DNA of 64,000 nt from assembly GCA_963828125.1 (NCBI GenBank), contig CAWHDP010000001.1:192001-256000 (forward strand). The letters run 5' to 3'. Position numbers and translations under genes: made by a program. The notes beneath the pieces were generated by a model that saw nothing but the letters and a program-made list of their open reading frames with translations, ran no database searches and was not told the DNA's origin. Position 1 is the stretch's first letter. The number at the start of each line of letters is the position of its first letter. Positions 56,537 to 64,000 of this stretch are shown piece by piece. Origin of the DNA: an uncultured Chlamydiae bacterium (GTDB lineage Bacteria > Chlamydiota > Chlamydiia > Chlamydiales > SM23-39).

Positions 56537-58572
56537 GGAGGTATTTTACTCATCTCGATGGAGTCGTCAATGATAACCATTTTGAGATTCGGGTTGGCTG
56601 CAAGGAAAGTTTTGAGCGCGGAGTCGGTGATCGATTTCCTATTTTCTAGATAGAGATATTGGAGTTGATGGAGGCACTTTCCGAGAGAGGTCAAATGGGA
56701 GTCAGCGGAATGTTCTAGAGAGGCGGCAAGGTAAATGAGGCGGGGGCAATGGGATGCTATATGCACCAGGGCGTCTCCTCCGATTTGAGGGCAGTTTTTG
56801 AGGTGGAGCGCCTCTAGAACGCTCTCCTTTGTGATCGGGATTGTCCCCATTTCCCGGTTTCCTTCCAAGCTCAAAGAGCGCAAAGAGGGGCATCCGCGGA
56901 AAATAGCGCTCATTCCCTTCTCAGTGATCATCGGACAGCCGTTCATGTTGAGGATCGAAAGATTCGGGCAATGGGCCCCGATCCATTCGAGGGCCTCATC
57001 GGAAATGAGCGGCGCGTTGGAGAAGTTGCATTCGTGCAATTTCAGAGCTCGGTTTTTGTCTAGCTCAAAGATGGCAGAGTCTGTAGCGAGCGACATGGAT
57101 AGATCGAGAATCGCCGAAGGGGGATTTCCGCTTGCAGGGGCCCAAGCCGACTGGGCAAAGAGTTCTTCAACGGTTTTAAAATAGGACTTGGCGTTGTTTC
57201 CGTTGATGCAAATCATCTGCGATTCATCCGATGGGATGGAGGCAAAAACAGGCGCGGAGCCCTCTCTGATTAAGCTTCGCCCCACGCTATGGTGAGCCGC
57301 TTGAATAGACAATAGGTCGAGGAGAGTGGGGAGGAGATCGACTTGGCTCGCCGGCTCATCGATCACGACTTTTTGATCTCCTAAAATCAATAAAGGGATA
57401 TGGATATTGTCCTCTGACAAACGATGGCCGCAGGGCGTCTGTATTTCTTGCCCATGGTCGGCCAGGACGAAGACGAGAGAGCGCTCTAAAATGCCCGCAT
57501 GGCGTAGCCCGTCTACAAATTGGCCGAGGCACCGGTCCGTATAAGCAAACGTCTGGAGATACCGTTCCTGGAGGCTCTCCGTTTTGGGAGCTGGAAAAGG
57601 CAATTCCCAAGGGTGGTGGTTCGAAATAGTGAAAATCGATAAAAAGGTCGGTTGATCCTGTTTTTTAAGCCAATCGCCAGCCTCTCGGAACAAGGCCTCA
57701 TCGGTAATTCCCCAGCTCGTCTTCTCTTCAAGAGGAAAATGTTCTTTCCCTAAAATTGTTTCGAATCCAGTTTTGTCTAAGAACGGGTGCATCCAATCGA
57801 AGGTCGTCGGGCTTCCTTGAAAAAGCGCTGTTCGATAGCCGTTTTCCTTCAAAATTTGGGGCAGGCCGATGAGAGGAATCGAGCAGAAAGGCTCAAGACT
57901 TGCTGTCTTTAAATGGGCCGGAATGCCGAAAAAGGAGGAGATCATCGCACGGTACGTTTGGAGGCCGTTCGCATAGAATTGAGTAAATAATATCCCCTTC
58001 TCAGCCAATCGGTCGAAATGGGGCGACACAGCGGGACTCCCTCCGAGACATCCGACGTTTTTAGCGCGGAAAGACTCAAGAAAAATAAACAGTACATGGG
58101 GTTTTTCCCCGCGGATCAGTTCGAACCGCTTTTTCCCCTGAAAGCGATCGGTGTGGCGAAGAAGCGGATATTTGGGATCGAGATAGCGAGACTGTTCTGA
58201 GGGGAAGATCCACCGGTAAGGGGGAATGCGGCTTTGGTTTTTCCGGAGGGAGATTTGAGATGCCGCCGTAAGGATCCAGAGGGGGAGCCAAAGAGCGATC
58301 GAGGGGCGCACGATGAGAAAGGAGAGGGCAAACAAGGGGATCGAGAACAAAATTGTCCGCTCTATTCTCAGCGCGCGGATGGAGTCGGCAAACGCCTTTC
58401 GATCGGGAAAAAAGCGGAAAAGGGCAAAAGAAAAAGGGACTCCGATTTTTTCTTTGAAAAACCATCTGAGCCAGCACCAGACGAAAACGGCGGGCCAGAG
58501 GAGAAGGGCCGCCGTTTTATAGGCGGGGAAAAAAGAATAGAGAAGTAGCGCCGAGGCGGCAATGAACCCCAC
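56533..58572 (-). CDS. LTA-synthase/sulfatase-family protein fused to C-terminal F-box-type LRRs (paralog)
   Basis: HVLFIFLESFR, GLQTYRA, NHHPW, ADHG, SQVDLLPT; repeats such as CPNLSILNMNGCPMITEKGM and LHLKNCPQIG. Confidence 0.8.
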   Translation of the reverse strand: MGFIAASALLLYSFFPAYKTAALLLWPAVFVWCWLRWFFKEKIGVPFSFALFRFFPDRKAFADSIRALRIERTILFSIPLFALSFLIVRPSIALWLPLWILTAASQISLRKNQSRIPPYRWIFPSEQSRYLDPKYPLLRHTDRFQGKKRFELIRGEKPHVLFIFLESFRAKNVGCLGGSPAVSPHFDRLAEKGILFTQFYANGLQTYRAMISSFFGIPAHLKTASLEPFCSIPLIGLPQILKENGYRTALFQGSPTTFDWMHPFLDKTGFETILGKEHFPLEEKTSWGITDEALFREAGDWLKKQDQPTFLSIFTISNHHPWELPFPAPKTESLQERYLQTFAYTDRCLGQFVDGLRHAGILERSLVFVLADHGQEIQTPCGHRLSEDNIHIPLLILGDQKVVIDEPASQVDLLPTLLDLLSIQAAHHSVGRSLIREGSAPVFASIPSDESQMICINGNNAKSYFKTVEELFAQSAWAPASGNPPSAILDLSMSLATDSAIFELDKNRALKLHECNFSNAPLISDEALEWIGAHCPNLSILNMNGCPMITEKGMSAIFRGCPSLRSLSLEGNREMGTIPITKESVLEALHLKNCPQIGGDALVHIASHCPRLIYLAASLEHSADSHLTSLGKCLHQLQYLYLENRKSITDSALKTFLAANPNLKMVIIDDSIEMSKIPP

Positions 58573-58580
58573 TTCACCAA

Positions 58581-59393
58581 TTATTTTTTGCTTTCCGATA
58601 TTCGCTTCATCCTTTTTTTCTCGGAGGGAGTCAATGATTCTGCTCCATGCCGAGAAATTCGGTCAAGCATCGCATCCATGAACTGGTCGTCGTCCAAAAT
58701 CCGCTCCCCCGATTGGATGTCGTAAATTTTTGAGGTGTTTGGGGCCTCCCCCTGTTTCTTTTCGAAGAGTCGCAAAATCATTTTTTCAAAGCGGCGGAAG
58801 GGAGAGAGGGGGCTTGGCTGGCGGAAAACGAAGAGAGTGAAGAAATATCCGTAAAGGGAGGCGGCGGCAAGAGAGGCGGCAGCCGCCCATTGACCAGAGA
58901 CGAGATCGGTAAAGAGGGTGAATCCGATCAGGCCGAGAATCAACCACCCAGCTTTGAAGGGAATAGCAAAGAAAAGGAGGAGTTTGGATTCAGGGTTGCG
59001 GAGCATCCAGGCGACAAGCGTTGCAAAAACGGCGTTGGTGCTGCCGACGAGGAAAAAATGGGGGAAGGGGAGGACGGCCAGAGCGCCCGCTAGGCTCGCC
59101 CCGAAATAGAGGGCAAAGAATGTCCGAGGACTCCGCTGTTCTAGAAGCGCGGCGCCGAACATCCAAAGGACATACATGTTGAAGCCGAGCTGGATAAAAA
59201 AGCTGAGGGAAACGGGCCTTTGCTCTAAAAAAATATAGGTGATGAGCTGCCAGAAATAAAACCGCTCGATCCCCACCCAAGATAGGGCAAGCCAGTTGTA
59301 GAGTTGCGGAAAGAAGCCGGCGGCTAGGCTAGCCCCAAGGGTCGTAAAAATCAGAATTCGGAGGGAATTTCGCATAACATTTTTTTTTATCAT
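58581..59393 (-). CDS. rhomboid-family membrane protein with C-terminal DUF6576-like domain
   Basis: WQLITYIF, FNMYVLW.FG..LE, VGST; tail MDAMLDRISRHGAESLTPSEK. Confidence 0.8.
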   Translation of the reverse strand: MIKKNVMRNSLRILIFTTLGASLAAGFFPQLYNWLALSWVGIERFYFWQLITYIFLEQRPVSLSFFIQLGFNMYVLWMFGAALLEQRSPRTFFALYFGASLAGALAVLPFPHFFLVGSTNAVFATLVAWMLRNPESKLLLFFAIPFKAGWLILGLIGFTLFTDLVSGQWAAAASLAAASLYGYFFTLFVFRQPSPLSPFRRFEKMILRLFEKKQGEAPNTSKIYDIQSGERILDDDQFMDAMLDRISRHGAESLTPSEKKRMKRISESKK

Positions 59394-59456
59394 AAACTCT
59401 TGAATTTTTCTAGCTCGGTCGCTATGATCAGAGGGAAAATCCTAAAGGATCGCTTT

Positions 59457-59771
59457 ATGAAACAGAAGACACACCCGCCCTACCAGGAAGTTTTATTCGA
59501 AGATTCTTCGACTGGTTCCAAGTTTATTATCGGCAGCACATTGCAGCCCAAAGAAAAGACCGCCTACGAAGGAAAAGAGTATCCTCTCTACCGCGTTCCG
59601 GTCTCTTCCGCTTCCCACCCCTTCTTCACGAAGGCTACGCAATTTACCGATTCTGAAGGACGGATCGGCAAATTCACTAAAAAATATCAGCGAAAGACAG
59701 CTGAGGTGAAACAATCTCAGGAGAAACAGGAAGAGGCGAAAAAAGAGAAAGATAAAAAGAAGAAAAAGTAA
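59457..59771 (+). CDS. rpmE2: 50S ribosomal protein L31 type B
   Basis: [28 protein letters not shown], no Zn-binding cysteines, Lys-rich tail. Confidence 0.93.
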   Translation: MKQKTHPPYQEVLFEDSSTGSKFIIGSTLQPKEKTAYEGKEYPLYRVPVSSASHPFFTKATQFTDSEGRIGKFTKKYQRKTAEVKQSQEKQEEAKKEKDKKKKK

Positions 59772-60835
59772 TGAAGGACAAGGTGCAGCGCCTCTTAGCC
59801 CGATTGCAAGAGGTTGAGGAGTTGCTGGGCCATCCAGAGACCCTTTCCGACCAGAAGCGTTACCGCGAGCTCACTCAGGAACATTCGCAGCTCTCCGAAC
59901 TCAAAGACGTCTGGGATCGCCTTCAGTCTTCCGAGCGGCAGCTCGTCGAAAATCGGGTTCTTCTCTCTTCTGAACAAGATCCTGAGATGGTCGTCCTTCT
60001 CAGGGATGAAATCGTTCGCCTTGAAGTGGAGTTTGCCGCTTCGCAAAAACGGATTGAGACGCTCCTTGTCCCTCCAGATCCCCGCGATAGCCGGAGCATC
60101 ATCTTGGAGCTGCGCGCCGGTACGGGAGGCGATGAGGCGGCCCTCTTTGTCGGCGACTGCATCCGGATGTATCAATATTATGCTGGGAAAAAAGGGTGGA
60201 AGTTCGAGATTCTCTCCTCTTCTGAATCAGAGGTGGGCGGCTATAAGGAATATATCATGAGCCTGGCCGGCTCTAACGTATTTCGCCTCATGCAATACGA
60301 AGCGGGGACCCATCGGGTTCAGCGGGTGCCCGATACTGAGACGCAAGGGAGGGTGCACACCTCTGCGATCACTGTCGCAGTCCTGATGGAGCCCGATGAA
60401 GACGAGAAGATCGAGATTGATGAAAAAGACCTCAAGATCGATACCTACCGCGCCTCTGGAGCTGGCGGTCAGCACGTCAACCGGACCGATTCGGCTGTCC
60501 GGATCACCCACCTCCCGACTGGCACTGTTGTCGCTTGCCAAGAAGAGCGGAGCCAGCATAAGAACAAAGACAAAGCGATGCGCCTTTTGTCGAGCCGGAT
60601 TGCCGAAGAGCTCCGGAGGAAAAACCAGAAAGAGGTCTCCGCATTACGGCAAGCTCAGGTGGGCAGCGGCGATCGGTCTGAGCGGATCCGGACGTACAAT
60701 TTCCCTCAAAATCGGGTGACTGATCATCGGATTGATCTCACTTTGTATAAATTGGATCGAGTCATGGAGGGGGATCTCGACGATTTGACGATCCCGCTGG
60801 TCAACTATTTCTATAATGAGCAATTACAGGCGTGA
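59771..60835 (+). CDS. prfA: peptide chain release factor 1
   Basis: GTGGDEA, PDT (PxT) motif, GAGGQHVN. Confidence 0.98.
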   Translation: MKDKVQRLLARLQEVEELLGHPETLSDQKRYRELTQEHSQLSELKDVWDRLQSSERQLVENRVLLSSEQDPEMVVLLRDEIVRLEVEFAASQKRIETLLVPPDPRDSRSIILELRAGTGGDEAALFVGDCIRMYQYYAGKKGWKFEILSSSESEVGGYKEYIMSLAGSNVFRLMQYEAGTHRVQRVPDTETQGRVHTSAITVAVLMEPDEDEKIEIDEKDLKIDTYRASGAGGQHVNRTDSAVRITHLPTGTVVACQEERSQHKNKDKAMRLLSSRIAEELRRKNQKEVSALRQAQVGSGDRSERIRTYNFPQNRVTDHRIDLTLYKLDRVMEGDLDDLTIPLVNYFYNEQLQA

Positions 60836-61644
60836 AAAGCATCCTTGAGATTGTCAAACTTTCCACCGCATTTTTGGCTGAACGGAAGATGGAACGGCCG
60901 AGAAGAACGGCTGAAGAGGTGGTCGCTTTTGTCCTCGGTTTAAAAAAAATGGATCTTTATCTTCGGTTCGATCAGCCGATTGTCGAGGCGGAGCTGGGGC
61001 GCATTCGGGAGCTGTTGAAGCGGTGCGGGAAAGGGGAGCCGTTGGAGTATGTTTTGGGCGAGGTAGAGTTTTTGGGCTGTCGGATCCACCTCGATCGGAG
61101 GGTGCTGATTCCTCGGCCTGAGACGGAGATTCTGGCTGAAATGGTGGCTAAGCGGGTAGAGAGCGGCGTACTTTGGGATGTGTGCTCCGGTTCTGGATGT
61201 TTGGGGATTGCGCTGAAAAAGGCCCGGCCAGATCTGGAGGTGGTTCTTTCCGATATTTCGGCAGATGCGCTCGCCCTTGCTGAAGAGAATGCGAAGTTGA
61301 ATGGGGCCTTTGTGGAGATTTTACAGGGGGACTTGTTGGCGCCGTTTGAGGGGAGGAGAGCCGATTGGATTGTCTGCAACCCGCCCTATATCTCTGAGGC
61401 TGAGTATTGGAACCTAGATCCTTCCGTGAAGGATTTTGAACCGAAACTGGCTCTTGTGGGGGGCGCCAAGGGGACCGAAATGTATGAGAGGTTCAAAGAG
61501 TCCCTTTCCCGATTTTTAAAGCCCGGAGGCAGGGTGTTTTTTGAAATCGGCGCCAGTCAAGGGGGGGCTTTAAAGAAGTTGTTCCCTGAAGGGGAGCTCG
61601 GTTTAGACTGGGCTGGGCATTCTCGATTTTTTACTTGTCAATGA
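60832..61644 (+). CDS. prmC: release factor glutamine methyltransferase
   Basis: [18 protein letters not shown]; follows prfA. Confidence 0.97.
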   Translation: MKSILEIVKLSTAFLAERKMERPRRTAEEVVAFVLGLKKMDLYLRFDQPIVEAELGRIRELLKRCGKGEPLEYVLGEVEFLGCRIHLDRRVLIPRPETEILAEMVAKRVESGVLWDVCSGSGCLGIALKKARPDLEVVLSDISADALALAEENAKLNGAFVEILQGDLLAPFEGRRADWIVCNPPYISEAEYWNLDPSVKDFEPKLALVGGAKGTEMYERFKESLSRFLKPGGRVFFEIGASQGGALKKLFPEGELGLDWAGHSRFFTCQ

Positions 61645-61677
61645 ACCTAAGTTTTTTGCGGCGCATCCACATTTCCC

Positions 61678-61706
61678 TTGAAAAGCGAATGGTTCTTTAG
61701 TATCCT
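61678..61706 (+). promoter_or_regulatory. sigma66-type promoter upstream of ffh
   Basis: TTGAAA-17 nt-TATCCT, 11 nt before ATG. Confidence 0.5.
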
Positions 61707-61717
61707 ATTTCCTAATT

Positions 61718-63085
61718 ATGTTTGGCGCATTAACAGATAAATTCCAAAAACTCTTCTCTGGCCTCTCGGGGAAGAAGTCGCTCACTGAGGACAACATCGC
61801 TGATGCGGTTCGCGAAGTGCGGCTCGCTTTGCTTGAGGCGGACGTGAACTATGCAGTGGTGAGCGGCTTTGTGAAGCGGGTGAAAGAGAAGGCGATCGGC
61901 GATGCGGTGATGAAGTCAGTGACGCCGGGCCAACAGTTTACCAAACTCGTGCACGATGAATTGATCGCCCTGATGGGGAGTGACGAAGCGCCTCTGGATC
62001 TGAAAGGGAAAATTTCGGTCATCATGCTCTGCGGCCTACAAGGTTCGGGGAAAACGACGAGTTCTGCGAAATTGGCTCACTATATAGGCAAGACGGCCAA
62101 GGGGAAAAAGATCTTGCTCGCCGCGTGCGATTTGCAGCGGCCCGCTGCGATCGATCAATTGAAAAAATTGGGAGAGAGTCTCGGCATTCCAGTCTTCCAT
62201 CTGGAGGGGGAAAAAAGTCCTCTGAGGACGGCCAAAAGGGCCTACGAAAAGGCGGAGGCGGAAGGGTTCGATGTGTTAATCGTCGATACGGCGGGGCGTC
62301 TCCATATTGATGAAGAGCTCATGAAAGAGCTTGAAGAGATGAAGCAGTTTTTAGAGCCGCGCGAGATCCTATTTGTCGCGAATGCGACAACAGGGCAAGA
62401 TGCGGTCAAGACGGCAGCCGAGTTCGATCGGCGAATTCAGATTACGGGCACGATCCTGACGATGTTGGATGGCAATGCCCGCGCAGGGGCTGCGATTTCG
62501 ATCCGCGAGGTGACGAATAAACCGCTTAAATTTGAAGGGACCGGCGAAAAGGTCGGCGACTGGCAAGTCTTTAATCCCCGCTCAATGGCCGATCGGATTC
62601 TCGGCATGGGCGATGTGATCAATTTGGTGAAAAAAGCCAAAGAAAACTTCTCGGAGGAGGAGAGCGCTGAGCTCGAGAAGAAGTTGAAAAAAGCGAGCTT
62701 CACCTATGAGGACTATCTGAAGCAGATGGGCCGAATGAAGAAGATGGGATCCTTTAAAAGCCTCCTCCAAATGCTCCCTGGTTTTGGCGGGATGGGCGAT
62801 TTCGATTTATCCGATTCCGAATTTAAAAAGACCGAGGCGATCATCTATTCGATGACCCCGAAAGAACGGGAAGAAAAGGTGGAACTTGACCACGAACGGC
62901 GAAAGCGGATTGCCAAAGGGAGCGGCGTTCCCCTCGATGACGTCAATAAGATGGTCAAAGGGTTTAAGCGAATTAAGCAATTATTTAAAAATATGCCCGA
63001 CATGAAAGCCCACGCGAAGAAAATGGGCGGCATGCCGGATTTGAATGAAATGAAGAAACAATTCGAAGGTAAAAAATGGCACTAA
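61718..63085 (+). CDS. ffh: signal recognition particle protein
   Basis: GLQGSGKTT, DTAGR, RILGMGD, Met-rich M domain. Confidence 0.98.
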   Translation: MFGALTDKFQKLFSGLSGKKSLTEDNIADAVREVRLALLEADVNYAVVSGFVKRVKEKAIGDAVMKSVTPGQQFTKLVHDELIALMGSDEAPLDLKGKISVIMLCGLQGSGKTTSSAKLAHYIGKTAKGKKILLAACDLQRPAAIDQLKKLGESLGIPVFHLEGEKSPLRTAKRAYEKAEAEGFDVLIVDTAGRLHIDEELMKELEEMKQFLEPREILFVANATTGQDAVKTAAEFDRRIQITGTILTMLDGNARAGAAISIREVTNKPLKFEGTGEKVGDWQVFNPRSMADRILGMGDVINLVKKAKENFSEEESAELEKKLKKASFTYEDYLKQMGRMKKMGSFKSLLQMLPGFGGMGDFDLSDSEFKKTEAIIYSMTPKEREEKVELDHERRKRIAKGSGVPLDDVNKMVKGFKRIKQLFKNMPDMKAHAKKMGGMPDLNEMKKQFEGKKWH

Positions 63086-63390
63086 CGATTCGCATGAGAC
63101 AACAAGGGGCCAACAGCCGGCAGAGATTCCGCCTCGTTGTCACCGATTCTAGAAATCCCCGCGACGGCAAATATCTCGAGATGATTGGCTGGTATAATCC
63201 GTTTGGGGCAGACGATAAAAATTATTTTATCGATGTGCCGCGCGTTCAGTACTGGTTAGACAATGGCGCTGAGATCAGCGATCGGGTGAAATCTCTCGTA
63301 AAACGGTTTGCTCCAGAGGTGGTGCAGAAGCTGACTCAAAAAAAAGTCGCCAAAATGGCGAAAAGAAGAGCCCAGAGAAATAAAGAATAG
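63076..63390 (+). CDS. rpsP: 30S ribosomal protein S16
   Basis: IRMRQQG, DSRNPRDGK, YWLDNGA. Confidence 0.97.
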   Translation: MALTIRMRQQGANSRQRFRLVVTDSRNPRDGKYLEMIGWYNPFGADDKNYFIDVPRVQYWLDNGAEISDRVKSLVKRFAPEVVQKLTQKKVAKMAKRRAQRNKE

Positions 63391-64000
63391 ATGGAGATAG
63401 ATCTTCTGTCGCTCTTCCCCGAATATTTTCAGGGTCCCTTCGACGTCAGCATGTTAAGAAGGGCCAGGGATCGGGGTTTTCTCGAGATCAGGCATACCAA
63501 CATCCGCGACTTTGCGGAGAATAAGCATGGCCGGGTCGATGATCGCCCTTTTGGGGGAGGGCCCGGGATGGTTCTTTGCCCTGGGCCAGTGGTTAGGGCG
63601 ATCCGGAGCGTTCGGAGGGAGGGATCCCGCGTCGTCTGTTTATCCCCGCAGGGGAGCCTTCTCACCGCTGCCAAAAGCCAAGAGTTGGCTGGATATCCCC
63701 ACCTCGTCCTCCTTTGCGGGCATTACGAAGGAGTGGATGAGCGGGCGCTCAAAGAGGTCGATGAGGAGATCAGCATCGGCGATTACGTGCTGACCAGTGG
63801 GTGTGCTGCGGCAATCGTTTTGATTGATGCGATGGCCCGGTTCATACCTGGCGTCATCGGTCATCCGGATGCTGTGCGCGAGGACTCGTTTCAAGAGGGG
63901 ATATTTGATTCGCCCCACTACACGAGACCCGAGAGTTTTGAAGGGATAGAGGTTCCTGCGGTTTTGCTTGGTGGAAACCATGCAGAGATTCGCAAATGGC
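63391..64000 (+). CDS. trmD: tRNA (guanine-N1)-methyltransferase TrmD, partial (runs off the window)
   Basis: Not in the ORF track. My translation gives MEIDLLSLFPEYF...VDDRPFGGGPGM...LSPQG...CGHYEGVDER...SIGDYVLTSG. Confidence 0.97.
   Translation, partial: MEIDLLSLFPEYFQGPFDVSMLRRARDRGFLEIRHTNIRDFAENKHGRVDDRPFGGGPGMVLCPGPVVRAIRSVRREGSRVVCLSPQGSLLTAAKSQELAGYPHLVLLCGHYEGVDERALKEVDEEISIGDYVLTSGCAAAIVLIDAMARFIPGVIGHPDAVREDSFQEGIFDSPHYTRPESFEGIEVPAVLLGGNHAEIRKW

Noticed and set aside
63076..63400. Missing rimM between rpsP and trmD; short truB lacking a C-terminal domain
   Set aside because: As I recall both are normal for Chlamydiota, so they are not novel.
63429..63981. ORF-track calls at the right edge
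   Set aside because: Shadows of the partial trmD starting at 63391.

Overview
Chromosomal window from an environmental member of the phylum Chlamydiota. The assignment rests on gene order and protein families: a VIT-like gene near serS, UPF0158, a fused E1 alpha/beta, phnP-hflX, rpsA-nusA-infB-rbfA-truB-ribF-ychF, rpsO-pnp, and rpmE2-prfA-prmC-ffh-rpsP-trmD with no rimM. Most of the window is housekeeping and translation genes, interrupted by accessory patches. The most striking patch (about 12.4-19.1 kb) is a MITE-rich island with four members (six domain copies) of a protein family I do not recognise. Two members sit in a 1197-bp tandem duplication whose 501-bp flanks differ at 1 position, while the 206-codon genes differ at 56 codons, all amino-acid-changing with none silent (hand count). 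This points to extreme diversifying selection or targeted diversification. Other notable items: two autotransporters (one with a 7-repeat, probable beta-propeller passenger); a Legionella-type porin; an AspRS-YbaK fusion; a kinase-less RibF; a eukaryote-like phosphoethanolamine N-methyltransferase domain; a Cys/Met-lyase-like orphan; and two LtaS/sulfatase-like proteins fused to F-box-type LRRs behind a probably inactive rhomboid. No rRNA, tRNA, CRISPR array or intact transposase was seen. All calls come from reading the sequence and recalled motifs; no database searches were run.
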